Below are positions 45,767 to 54,838 of a stretch of 64,000 nt of DNA, one piece after another. Origin of the DNA: Patescibacteria group bacterium. GTDB taxonomy: Bacteria; Patescibacteriota; Microgenomatia; UBA12405. The translations under genes and the position numbers were made by a program. The DNA lies in the NCBI GenBank assembly GCA_018902845.1, contig JAHIPV010000017.1, forward strand, positions 16,438 to 80,437, given 5' to 3'. A model generated the notes under the pieces. That model searched no databases. It was not told the DNA's origin and was given only the letters and a program-made list of their open reading frames with translations. The stretch's first letter is position 1, and every line of letters begins with the position of its first letter.

Positions 45767-47155
45767 ATGAATACAAAATTAAAATCAATTTTCACAAAAG
45801 TTTTCTTTATTTCAAAATGGCTAATTAAATGGATAAGGTGGTTACTTTTTTTACCTTTATCTTTTTTAATCACTGCTGGTGTATATTTCTTACTTGGTGA
45901 AAAATATGCCGAGTTAAAACCCGACTTATTCCTATATCAACCATTAGCCGACCTAGTACCAGGCTTAGAAGCTCCTAATCAGTCAGAATTACTTCCCTAT
46001 CAAATAATATCTGGATTACTACTAGGCTTTGGCTGGATCTTCGTAGGAACAATTATTGCCCCGTCAAAGAAATTTTTTTCATCTTCTGTGTTGTTTTTGT
46101 TAACTACTATATTGATAATTGTATATTCCATATCTTCACCCGATCTTATCGCACCACAACATTTATTTGCCTTTGTTTTCACAATTTTAGCCGTAATTAT
46201 TGCCTATCCTAAAAAAGTCTTGAAATTAATGAAGACCCCCTTTGGGGAATATATTAGGCTTAGTTTGATTCTATCAACGGTTACTATGTTTGGTTTGTTT
46301 TTTTATAACAAAAAAAGTATGAAACTTAACTGGACAATAAATAAAAAGATGGAACAAGAGGAAAAGATGTACCCTGACAGAGTGGCTCTTGATATGAATG
46401 GTGACGGAATATATGAGATGTTAGTCAATCCGGTTATGGCTGACGACTATGAAGAAGCGACTGATTCGGCAAAACCACATCTAACTCTTTACGATAGTGA
46501 AAAAAATATCATTGCAAGAACACCGGAGTGGTTTGGATCAGCACCCAATGCAAGTCATTTGGGTTTTGTTACTCCACCCATAAGTTGCTCGTTAAATGAT
46601 TTTGTACAAATTGATGTAATTGCTGGACCGCACCAAACAGAAACTATGTTTTTAAAACTGAAGGATGATTTATTGCTTCCAATCTGTAAAGTGGAAAATC
46701 CCAAGAACATAGACGATTGTTTATTCTATAACTCTAGCGGAGAATTAGGTGTTGAGGGAGGATTGTTGGGAGGATTAGGGGGTAACAATAAGCTAGGTGT
46801 TGTTGAATATGTAGACGAATATCCTCCTGATAAAAAAGAACTTGGCGATGATATAGAAAACATGATTAGCGAGGTTTTTGGAAATGATGCGACAGAAGCA
46901 ATAAAAATTGCCCAAAGAGAAACGGGTGACAAGGGGTCACGAGTGGCTTGGTCTATCTACATATTTAACGGAGAAATATTTGAACTACAAACAGGAGAAA
47001 ATTACGACGAATATTTTGATTCACTAAAAGAAAACTATGATTTCAGGTCAGAAGCGAAAAAGGATAATAGTCCTAATTTAATTAAAAAATCAAAAATGTC
47101 AAAAGAATCAGTTGAATACACTGAGCTTACGAGAAACTTTTGGACTGATAAATAG
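45767..47155 (+). CDS. Hypothetical membrane protein with a large extracytoplasmic domain
   Basis: Five to six N-terminal TM helices. Gly-rich 'GGLLGGLGGNN'. No recognised domain. Confidence 0.3.
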   Translation: MNTKLKSIFTKVFFISKWLIKWIRWLLFLPLSFLITAGVYFLLGEKYAELKPDLFLYQPLADLVPGLEAPNQSELLPYQIISGLLLGFGWIFVGTIIAPSKKFFSSSVLFLLTTILIIVYSISSPDLIAPQHLFAFVFTILAVIIAYPKKVLKLMKTPFGEYIRLSLILSTVTMFGLFFYNKKSMKLNWTINKKMEQEEKMYPDRVALDMNGDGIYEMLVNPVMADDYEEATDSAKPHLTLYDSEKNIIARTPEWFGSAPNASHLGFVTPPISCSLNDFVQIDVIAGPHQTETMFLKLKDDLLLPICKVENPKNIDDCLFYNSSGELGVEGGLLGGLGGNNKLGVVEYVDEYPPDKKELGDDIENMISEVFGNDATEAIKIAQRETGDKGSRVAWSIYIFNGEIFELQTGENYDEYFDSLKENYDFRSEAKKDNSPNLIKKSKMSKESVEYTELTRNFWTDK

Positions 47156-47184
47156 TCTAAGATATAGACAAATGTTACAATTCG

Positions 47185-47637
47185 GTGATGGCAAGCTGTA
47201 AGGAATTAAGGGGGATCGCAAAAGCCAGACTTAAAAGTGCAAAGATACTTATGAATGTTAATGACTGGCATGGCGCAGCGTATATGCTAGCCTACGCATT
47301 GGAATGCTCTCTAAAGGCCGTAACCTGTAAAACCTTAAATTTGGTTTCTTACCCAGAAAATACAAAAAAGAAAAATATTGACTCCGTTTTTATGACCCAT
47401 AGTTTCCAACAACTCTTGCTCATTTCTGGATTAGAGAATATTTTTAGTTCCAGAGGACCGGCGGAGGCGTGGGATAACTGGGGTAAATTTACTATAGAAT
47501 ATCCTGCTAATTGGCCTCAAATTAGATATAATACTGACCTTGTTTGGGATGAAGAAAAAGTCGAGAAGCTATACGACTATCTCTTGGAATCAAGATTTGG
47601 AATAATAAGTATAATTAGGAAGAGGAGAAAATGGTAA
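47185..47637 (+). CDS. HEPN-like helical domain protein
   Basis: 'AKARLKSAKILMNVNDWHGAAYMLAYALECSLKAV' has a HEPN-like helix pattern. No clear Rx4-6H motif, so this may be a non-catalytic HEPN. Confidence 0.4.
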   Translation: MMASCKELRGIAKARLKSAKILMNVNDWHGAAYMLAYALECSLKAVTCKTLNLVSYPENTKKKNIDSVFMTHSFQQLLLISGLENIFSSRGPAEAWDNWGKFTIEYPANWPQIRYNTDLVWDEEKVEKLYDYLLESRFGIISIIRKRRKW

Positions 47638-47990
47638 AAATATTTAAAGAAATTCTAGAAGAAATAGTTTCCAGAAAGGGCGAAGTGAATTTGTTCGCTA
47701 TTTTGAAGATGGACGAATATACTGAAAAATGGACCGTTATCTTATCTGCTCCTTGGGTAAATGACGAGAACACAAGAGAGTGTTTCTTGCTATTGAGAAC
47801 CTTTATGATAAAAAAGTTTAGTCGTGAAGAGATGGATAAGATTGCACGGATGGGTGTTTTTACAAAAGACGAACACATAATAACAGAATTATTAAAATTT
47901 AAAGAAGGAACAGTTATCGAGGAAGATGAAAAAATAAATGGGAATTTAGTACACGAAGCGCACATATTGGCCTCAAACTCCAGTCTTTAG
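47631..47990 (+). CDS. Hypothetical protein overlapping the HEPN gene by 7 nt
   Basis: ORF only. Translational coupling suggests a two-gene unit. Confidence 0.3.
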   Translation: MVKIFKEILEEIVSRKGEVNLFAILKMDEYTEKWTVILSAPWVNDENTRECFLLLRTFMIKKFSREEMDKIARMGVFTKDEHIITELLKFKEGTVIEEDEKINGNLVHEAHILASNSSL

Positions 47991-48507
47991 TATTTTTCGA
48001 GATAAAACCCAAAACTTATAGAAAATTCCTGCACACACAAATAGTAAATAAGTTGATTGTATGAAACACACGAAGTAAGATATGGAAAATGAAAACTGAA
48101 ATATCAATCTTTCTTAAAGATTATGATTGTAATGTAGTTGAGCAAACAGAAAGAGCTAAGGGCACTCGTTATAAAGCCTATGGTTATTTTGATGATATTT
48201 ATCTTGAGACTCAGGGTTCAAGCTTTAATTCTGCACTACGCAGATTAAAACATAAAGCAGAAATGGCATTAGATTAAGGTATTTAGAAAGAAAAATGTTG
48301 CAAAATCTGAAGTTTTCGGAAGTACTCTTTTTTTGATGGGACAAATCTAATTCCAAGACCTAAAACAAGAAAAATGTTAGTTTGTTTAAATCCCACACAG
48401 GTCCCTGACTCCTCCAAGGTGGGGGAGCAAAACCAAGTCAATTACGAAATTTTTACCACCCAACCAACACACATAATTATTACCAACAAATAGTCGAATA
48501 CACATCA

Positions 48508-49383
48508 TTAGGTGTATAACGGTACATTCCTTACAAAAAAAGGCATTTTCCATTCCAAAGAAGGACTGGTACTTCCCGTCAACAACCCCTCCCCATTCCA
48601 ACTCCCTCCCAGCCCCGGCACCACCACGACAGTATCCGAATTATTTCCTCCAGAAACAGAACTAATCTTTAGATTGTCAAATTCATTTAAAACCCTGCCA
48701 TAAGAACCTTGGTAAAAATCTCCACCCCAATTCCTAAAAGCAATAATTCCACCACTCAAAAAATTATTATCCGTATAATCAATAACCAAAACAGAATCAA
48801 AATATATTTTTATCTGAACACTGTCAAATACTATTTTTATCACATGTTTTTCATTTTGAGTTATATCAAAATCCAAAGAGTTAACAGACTCACCCTCCGA
48901 CTTACCATAAACCTCAACAAGGCGTCCATAAGAACCACCAACGCTTTTACTCAAAGTGATATTGTTATGATCTTGATCCCAATCAGGTTCATCAAATCTA
49001 AAGTTAATTTCATAAAAATCACTTCTATCATCAGAAAGATGAAACCAAAAAGATTGATCAACACCATTCAAATTTTTAACCTCAGCAACCAACTCAAACG
49101 ATGAAAAATCGTAATTAATATCAGGATAAATATACGATCTTTCATGATATCCGGCTTCACCAATTAATTTATTATCCAAAACACGCCAACCATACTCACC
49201 GACAATAGGATCTTCGTTTTCATCAAGACTATACCCATCATGCGGAACAATCCATTTACTCAAACCAAGAGAAAAATCATCCTCAAAATATACAGTAGCA
49301 TAAACATCACCAGATTCTAAAAATGATAAAATTACAATCAAAGAAAAAAAGAAACAAACGAGTTTACTAAGAATATTCTTCAT
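48508..49383 (-). CDS. Secreted protein, possibly concanavalin/LamG-like beta-sandwich
   Basis: Signal peptide 'MKNILSKLVCFFFSLIVILSFLESGDVYA'. The overlapping plus-strand ORFs 48512-49104 look spurious. Confidence 0.35.
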   Translation of the reverse strand: MKNILSKLVCFFFSLIVILSFLESGDVYATVYFEDDFSLGLSKWIVPHDGYSLDENEDPIVGEYGWRVLDNKLIGEAGYHERSYIYPDINYDFSSFELVAEVKNLNGVDQSFWFHLSDDRSDFYEINFRFDEPDWDQDHNNITLSKSVGGSYGRLVEVYGKSEGESVNSLDFDITQNEKHVIKIVFDSVQIKIYFDSVLVIDYTDNNFLSGGIIAFRNWGGDFYQGSYGRVLNEFDNLKISSVSGGNNSDTVVVVPGLGGSWNGEGLLTGSTSPSLEWKMPFFVRNVPLYT

Positions 49384-49386
49384 TAA

Positions 49387-50259
49387 ATGAAATCCGACAA
49401 AAAACTAACCATAGTAATTATAAATTATAACAGTATAAAATTTCTAAAAACACTTGTTAAAAGCACAAGAGAAATTGACAACATAATCGAGGAAATCATA
49501 ATTATTAATAATGATCCTCGAGAAAAAATCACTAAAAAACTTTTTAAAAATAAAAAAATTACTATATATAAAAATAAAAAAAACATTGGTTTTGCAAAAG
49601 CAGTAAACCAAGGAATAAAAAAAACAAAAAACAATTTCATTCTTCTATTAAATCCAGACACAAAAATAATCGACAATTCCATCATTAAGATGTTTAATTC
49701 CATAAAGAAAAAAAAGAGGTGGGGAATAATAGGAGGAAAAATTAAACAATACAAAAATAACAAAAAAAATTATTTGACGGCAACCTCAAAACCAACCTTT
49801 TTTACGGGTTTGTTTGAATTCACAAATCTCAAAAAATTATTCCCAAATAATATTTTTACTAATAAATTCTGGATTGAAAATAGACACAAAAATAACAAAA
49901 CAATCGAGGTCGATTCTTTATGCGGAGCTTTCTTACTATTTCGAAAATATTTAAATAAAAAAATAAACTTGTTCGACAAAAAATATTTTTTATACCTTGA
50001 AGATATAGATTTTTGTTTAAATACAAAACAAAAAGGCTACAAGGTAATCTACTATCCAAAAAGCAAAATCGAACATTACGGAGGAGGAAGTAACAACAGT
50101 AAATACAACACCGTTCTCAAACACTGGTATAAATCAAGAAAATATTTTTTTAAAAAACACACAAATATCATTTCTAGCGCAATATTAAACATAATTTTTG
50201 ACACAACAAAAAATCTTTTATCCCTTTACCACTACATCAAAAATGAACCAGCAGAATAA
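49387..50259 (+). CDS. GT2-family glycosyltransferase
   Basis: 'LTIVIINYNSIKFLK' and 'DSLCGAFLLFRK'. Confidence 0.7.
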   Translation: MKSDKKLTIVIINYNSIKFLKTLVKSTREIDNIIEEIIIINNDPREKITKKLFKNKKITIYKNKKNIGFAKAVNQGIKKTKNNFILLLNPDTKIIDNSIIKMFNSIKKKKRWGIIGGKIKQYKNNKKNYLTATSKPTFFTGLFEFTNLKKLFPNNIFTNKFWIENRHKNNKTIEVDSLCGAFLLFRKYLNKKINLFDKKYFLYLEDIDFCLNTKQKGYKVIYYPKSKIEHYGGGSNNSKYNTVLKHWYKSRKYFFKKHTNIISSAILNIIFDTTKNLLSLYHYIKNEPAE

Positions 50260-51043
50260 TAAAAATAATAAAAATAAAATAAGTCTTATTTTATTAACAA
50301 AAAACGAATCAGAAAATATCAAAGCAAACTATTTATGGCTTAACAACTGCAAAATCATTAACGAACTTATTGTAATCGACGACAATTCAACCGATAACAC
50401 TATAAAACAAATCAACAATCTCAAAAAACAAAAAACCAAAATCTTTAAAAAAACACTAAACAACGATTTTTCTGCTCAACATACATTTGCAATCAAAAAC
50501 TGCTCAAACAATTGGATTCTATGGCTCGATGCTGACGAAAAACCAACTAAAAAACTAATCAATTTTCTCAATAATTTTTCTTTCCCTCAAAATATCAACT
50601 CTTTTTCTTTTAAACGATCAGACTACTTTTTGGGAAAAAAACTCAAATATGGAGAAACAGGCCATCTTGACTTCATTCGACTTTTTGACAAAAACTACGG
50701 AAAATTCACAGGAAAAATACACGAAACCTGGAACAACACCGGAACTAATCAAAAAACAAAACTAATAATTACCCATTATTCACACAAAAACCTAAAAGGA
50801 TTGATAAAAAAAATCAACTTTTATACCAGTATTAGATCAAAAGAATTGTTTGATCAAAAAACAAAAACCAGTTTAATTCAAATTATATTTTATCCATTAA
50901 TAAAATTTATCCAAAATTACTTTCTTAAACTCGGTTTCTTGGACAGCACCCAAGGAATCATTATGGCATTATCAATGAGCTTTCATTCCTTTTTGGTTAG
51001 AGCAAAATTATGGCATTTATGGCAACTGCAATCACATCGATAA
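50198..51043 (+). CDS. GT2-family glycosyltransferase
   Basis: 'ISLILLTKNESENIK', 'VIDDNSTDNT', 'WLDADE'. Confidence 0.7.
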   Translation: MTQQKIFYPFTTTSKMNQQNNKNNKNKISLILLTKNESENIKANYLWLNNCKIINELIVIDDNSTDNTIKQINNLKKQKTKIFKKTLNNDFSAQHTFAIKNCSNNWILWLDADEKPTKKLINFLNNFSFPQNINSFSFKRSDYFLGKKLKYGETGHLDFIRLFDKNYGKFTGKIHETWNNTGTNQKTKLIITHYSHKNLKGLIKKINFYTSIRSKELFDQKTKTSLIQIIFYPLIKFIQNYFLKLGFLDSTQGIIMALSMSFHSFLVRAKLWHLWQLQSHR

Positions 51044-52104
51044 CTATCATTATTTTTTTTCTTGGCCAATTGGCAAAAATAAAACTTTTTTCCGTATCTT
51101 TCCCTCTTATAGATGTTTGTCTAATAATCCTTTCGACCTTCAATATATATAAAAATATATCCGAAAATAAACTATCAATAAAAAACAAATTCTTTTTATA
51201 TTTCTTAATAACTCTCTATATCTCTTTTATCTACAACTTAATATTTAATTATAATTTTTCTCTCAAATCATTTTTTTATTTAATCCGTCTTTCCGTTCTA
51301 CTTTCATTTTTTATTTTTCCCATCAACAAATCCATCAAAAATCAAAAAAACAAATCCTTTTTAAAACTGGCACTTGTTGCCAATATAGTCTTTGGCCTAA
51401 TTCAATATTTTGTTTGGCCAAATTCTATTTACTTTAAATCTCTCAACTGGGACCCACATCTAAATAGGCTAATCAGTACCTTTCTAGACCCAACCTTTAC
51501 GGGACTTATCTATCTTTTTTTGTTTTTTTCAATTTTTACAAATCCGCCAAAAAATAATTTATTAAAAAAAATACTACTAACTTTTTCCTATATAGCCATG
51601 TCTCTAACTTACAGTCGCTCCACCCTCCTCTGTTTTATTTCTGTTTTTACCTACATATCAATAAAAACAAAAAACATAAAAATCCTTGTAACCAAACTAT
51701 TACTTGTGTTGCTTACCATCATTATCTTGCCAAACACAGCCGGAGAAGGAACCAGGTTAAACAGAACATCAACAATATTTGCAAAAATAGAAAACTATAA
51801 AGAAGGCATACGAATTTTTAGTCAAAAACCAATACTAGGACATGGATACAATAATCTGTATCAAGCCAGAACTATTAACAATCCAGATTCCCATGCCAAT
51901 TACGGATTTGACAGTAGCCTGATAACAATTCTTTCTACAACGGGCATAATCGGATTGTTCATTTTTCTACTCGCTATCAAAAAAGAATTTAAAAGCAAAA
52001 ATCAACTTAAAAAAATACTGTTACTTTCCACCCTTATCCATTCGTTCTTTGCCAACTCATTACTATACCCATGGGTACTATTTCCTATCTTTCTTCTTTA
52101 CTAA
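51010..52104 (+). CDS. O-antigen ligase/polymerase (Wzy_C)-family membrane protein
   Basis: Ten or more TM helices. 'ILGHGYNNLYQARTINNPDSHANYGFDSSLITILSTTGIIGLFIFLL' matches the Wzy_C loop. Confidence 0.6.
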   Translation: MAFMATAITSITIIIFFLGQLAKIKLFSVSFPLIDVCLIILSTFNIYKNISENKLSIKNKFFLYFLITLYISFIYNLIFNYNFSLKSFFYLIRLSVLLSFFIFPINKSIKNQKNKSFLKLALVANIVFGLIQYFVWPNSIYFKSLNWDPHLNRLISTFLDPTFTGLIYLFLFFSIFTNPPKNNLLKKILLTFSYIAMSLTYSRSTLLCFISVFTYISIKTKNIKILVTKLLLVLLTIIILPNTAGEGTRLNRTSTIFAKIENYKEGIRIFSQKPILGHGYNNLYQARTINNPDSHANYGFDSSLITILSTTGIIGLFIFLLAIKKEFKSKNQLKKILLLSTLIHSFFANSLLYPWVLFPIFLLY

Positions 52105-52121
52105 GCCTCAGGTGTCTATCC

Positions 52122-52841
52122 TCAAAAATCATACTCGATCACAATATTCTTTTTTGATTCATTTCCGGCTAAATCACGAACCTTAATTTCAATCTCGTTT
52201 TTGCCAACGTCTAACTGAATCTTTAGTTTAAAATTACCATCATTGTCAAGCATTGCTACCTTACCATTAATCAAAACACTGGCGTCTTTTTCTGTCTTAC
52301 CCTTAACATCAAAATCCGCCTCTTCGACAACCAAAGTGTCTTCTGTAGGATTAGTCATTTCAAATCCCGGAGCATCCTCGTCATATACAACAAGTAATTC
52401 TCTAGAAACTGGACTTTTTTTATCATCCTCAGAAACAGCAATTGAGGAAAAAACATTTTCCCCTTCATTAAGATCGATTCCATCAAAATAAAAATCACCA
52501 TCAGAAAGAACCTCAACGCTATCAATTTTAATCCCATCTTTAAACAATTCGACCACGACTCCAGTTTCGGCAGCCCCAATAATTTTTATCTCTCCACTAT
52601 TAGTAGCTTCAAAAGGTAAAAAAATTCTTGGTGCCAAAGGCGGTAAACTTTCCTTTTTTGTTACATTTAAATCTTCATTTTTGCTTTCTCCCAAGAAAAT
52701 TGAAAAACGAACTAAAAATGGAACTCCAAAAAAAACCACCAATAAAAAAAGCATTAAAGTAAACAACCCCACTAACACCGTACTTCTTGTGATTTGTTTC
52801 TCTGTGCTTCGCTTCAATCTAGATCGTCTGAATTGCTTCAT
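52122..52841 (-). CDS. Membrane-anchored protein with an Ig-like/beta-rich ectodomain
   Basis: Basic N-terminus plus TM, then an acidic beta-rich region ('VVYDEDAPGFEMTNP', 'GKNEIEIKVRDLAGNES'). Confidence 0.35.
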   Translation of the reverse strand: MKQFRRSRLKRSTEKQITRSTVLVGLFTLMLFLLVVFFGVPFLVRFSIFLGESKNEDLNVTKKESLPPLAPRIFLPFEATNSGEIKIIGAAETGVVVELFKDGIKIDSVEVLSDGDFYFDGIDLNEGENVFSSIAVSEDDKKSPVSRELLVVYDEDAPGFEMTNPTEDTLVVEEADFDVKGKTEKDASVLINGKVAMLDNDGNFKLKIQLDVGKNEIEIKVRDLAGNESKKNIVIEYDF

Positions 52842-52866
52842 CCATTCAAATTATAACACGTCTCAG

Positions 52867-52939
52867 AGCCAGAGGAGAGAATCGAACTCTCGACCTCAGC
52901 TTTACGAAAGCCGTGCTCTACCAACTGAGCTACTCTGGC
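52867..52939 (-). tRNA. tRNA-Thr (anticodon CGT). Coordinates +/-2.
   Basis: Reverse complement folds as: acceptor GCCAGAG/CTCTGGC, D-arm GCTC-AGTTGGTA-GAGC, anticodon stem CGGCT/AGCTG with loop TTCGTAA, T-arm GAGAG-TTCGATT-CTCTC. Confidence 0.8.
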
Positions 52940-52967
52940 GTAATACCCAAACTACTCTGGCACTCGG

Positions 52968-53038
52968 AGCGGCTAGAGAGAATCGAACTCTCGACATATC
53001 CTTGGGAAGGAAATATTTTACCACTAAACTATAGCCGC
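52968..53038 (-). tRNA. tRNA-Gly (anticodon CCC). Coordinates +/-2.
   Basis: Reverse complement: acceptor GCGGCTA/TAGCCGC, D-arm GTTT-AGTGGTA-AAAT, anticodon loop TTCCCAA (one stem mismatch), T-arm GAGAG-TTCGATT-CTCTC, discriminator U. Confidence 0.7.
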
Positions 53039-53084
53039 CGATTTCAAAGTAATTCTAACATAATCCCATCTATCCAATAATCAT

Positions 53085-53174
53085 TGTCATTGCGAGTTCT
53101 TTTGTAGGGGCGACCCTTGCGGTCGCCCACAGACGTGGCAACCTGTCCGCCTCTGGAAAATCCCGTAAGGATAT
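53085..53174. repeat. Long-form repeat element, twin of 7830-7916
   Basis: About 90% identical to 7830-7916 over roughly 88 bp, including the GGGCGACCCTTGCGGTCGCCC hairpin. Confidence 0.8.
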
Positions 53175-53307
53175 TAACCCATATCTTTTTTTAATTTCCA
53201 ACCCTCGTTTGTATAGAAACAGGTTTGTAATTTGTATGGTTGGTTATTGGTTATTTAATTCTTAATTATTATTTAAAAATTAGAAATTAAAAATTAAAAA
53301 TTTTGAG

Positions 53308-53865
53308 TTATCTTGGTATGCTCAACGTCATTCCAATCTCAATCAAATTCGGGTTAGAAATAGTGTCCTTGTTAGCCTCCCAGATCTTTTCCCAGGCAAA
53401 CATGTCACCATACGCTCTCAACGCAATTTTAGACAAACTATCATTCTTTTCAACCACATATTCAGAAATATTCGCCAAATCGCCTTCAAAATCTAAGTCT
53501 GGTAATTTGATTTTCTGGCCTACCAATAAAAAATCTGCTGTAGCCAAACCATTGACGCTAGCCAAGTCCGTCCACGCATTGCCGTTACCATATTTTCTTT
53601 CAGCAATTTTCCATAAACTATCGCCTTTAACCACAGTATAATAATCACCACCCCCAGAATCGCTATCTTCTATAGAAACACTTTCTTCCGCCGGATTAAC
53701 ATCAGTCAAACCCCCAAGATCAATTCTTCCTGATTTTTTTCTAAAATAATTGAACAATAAAAAAAGAACAATTACTACAATAAACAAACCCAAAAACATA
53801 CTTACGGCATCTTCTTTTAAACCAAAAACTTTGTCAGACTCTATCATAATTATAATTTCAAACAA
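53308..53865 (-). CDS. Membrane-anchored protein with two LysM peptidoglycan-binding domains
   Basis: TM segment, then 'YYTVVKGDSLWKIAERKYG...VGQKIKLP' and 'YVVEKNDSLSKIALRAYG...IGMTLSIP'. Confidence 0.75.
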   Translation of the reverse strand: MFEIIIMIESDKVFGLKEDAVSMFLGLFIVVIVLFLLFNYFRKKSGRIDLGGLTDVNPAEESVSIEDSDSGGGDYYTVVKGDSLWKIAERKYGNGNAWTDLASVNGLATADFLLVGQKIKLPDLDFEGDLANISEYVVEKNDSLSKIALRAYGDMFAWEKIWEANKDTISNPNLIEIGMTLSIPR

Positions 53866-53924
53866 ATAACTTCTAATCTGGGCAGTTACTGTAATCTACA
53901 AAAAACAAAACCTATAGTCAATAG

Positions 53925-54242
53925 CTATTCTGATACTCCTCGAACTTGTACATCAGACAATAACGAACTTTTCTCATGTATTCCAGTAAACTTTATAAGC
54001 TCATTTACAAAACTAATCAAAAATTCCTTTTTCAAACTATAGATTCTTTCCCGCCCATTAATTCTAAAAAACACCAATCCAGCCTTTTTTAAAATGGCTA
54101 AATGACTGGAAAGAGTTGCCTGGCTAATCTCAAAATATTTCAACAAAGAATTTACGTTCATCGATTTTTCCATTAACAAACCAATCACTCTTCTTCTGTT
54201 TTTATCTGCCAACGCCTTAAAAACCTTATCGCTTACCATCAA
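53925..54242 (-). CDS. ArsR-family HTH transcriptional regulator
   Basis: 'LADKNRRRVIGLLMEKSMNVNSLLKYFEISQATLSSHLAILKKAGLV'. Confidence 0.75.
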   Translation of the reverse strand: MMVSDKVFKALADKNRRRVIGLLMEKSMNVNSLLKYFEISQATLSSHLAILKKAGLVFFRINGRERIYSLKKEFLISFVNELIKFTGIHEKSSLLSDVQVRGVSE

Positions 54243-54307
54243 GCTTATTATAACAAATCACATCAAAAATCCATCGACAACCATCTATGTTACAATTACA
54301 AGAATAT

Positions 54308-54574
54308 TTACTTCAATTCCAAAGACAAATATTTGCCCAACATCTTCTTTAAACTTCTCAATCCCCATCCTGATTTCAAATATACTTCTCTCCTTTTAGC
54401 ATCAATCCTATTCAAAAAAGCTTCATAATAAATCAATTTATAAGGAATAAGTGGTTTGGTTGATTTACTCTTTCCAGAATTGTGCTCCCTTACTCGTTTC
54501 CCAAGATCAGATGTATAACCAATATAAAAACTATTATTTTTTAAACTCTGTAACAAATAAGTATAATAAAACAT
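54308..54574 (-). CDS. Small GIY-YIG nuclease-domain protein
   Basis: 'YYTYLLQSLKNNSFYIGYTSDLGKRVREHNSG' is the GIY...YIG...R...H..N core. Confidence 0.7.
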   Translation of the reverse strand: MFYYTYLLQSLKNNSFYIGYTSDLGKRVREHNSGKSKSTKPLIPYKLIYYEAFLNRIDAKRREVYLKSGWGLRSLKKMLGKYLSLELK

Positions 54575-54590
54575 GTTTTAACGATCTGAC

Positions 54591-54722
54591 AGGCAAAAGG
54601 CGAGACGTAATAAATTTTTTTTAAAGAAAGTTAGTTAAAAGGCGAGACGTAATAAATTTATTTTATAAATTTAAACGTCTCTAGCCACGTTTAAATTTTT
54701 CCAAAAAAAATTTATTACGTGG
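54591..54722. repeat. Inverted copies of the tRNA-Asp 3' end and flank. The 22-bp unit 'AAAGGCGAGACGTAATAAATTT' occurs twice directly repeated, and its inverse overlaps the tRNA 3' end.
   Basis: 54591-54612 and 54638-54659 are identical. The reverse complement, 'AAATTTATTACGTGGCG' at 54705-54721, spans the tRNA-Asp CCA end. An AT palindrome TTTAAACG...CGTTTAAA lies between them. Confidence 0.6.
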
Positions 54723-54795
54723 CGGGTCTTACGGGATTCGAACCCGTGATCTTCCGCGTGACAGGCGGACATGTTAACCGCTACACTAAAGACCC
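54720..54795 (-). tRNA. tRNA-Asp (anticodon GTC), with encoded CCA
   Basis: Reverse complement: acceptor GGGTCTT/AAGACCC, anticodon stem TCCGC/GCGGA with loop CTGTCAC, T-arm ACGGG-TTCGAAT-CCCGT, discriminator G, then CCA. Confidence 0.8.
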
Positions 54796-54838
54796 AAGTA
54801 TTTTGTAATATACCAAACTTTACAGTTATAATCCATAC

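Noticed and set aside
48512-49104. Two plus-strand ORFs (63 and 131 aa) opposite the 48508-49383 minus-strand gene
   Set aside because: The minus-strand ORF has a clean signal peptide and normal composition. The plus-strand translations are Ile/Asn/Lys low-complexity.
49425-50059. Minus-strand ORFs antisense to the GT2 gene 49387-50259
   Set aside because: Phe/Leu-rich antisense artefacts of an A-rich coding strand. The GT2 frame has the expected N-terminal Rossmann motif.
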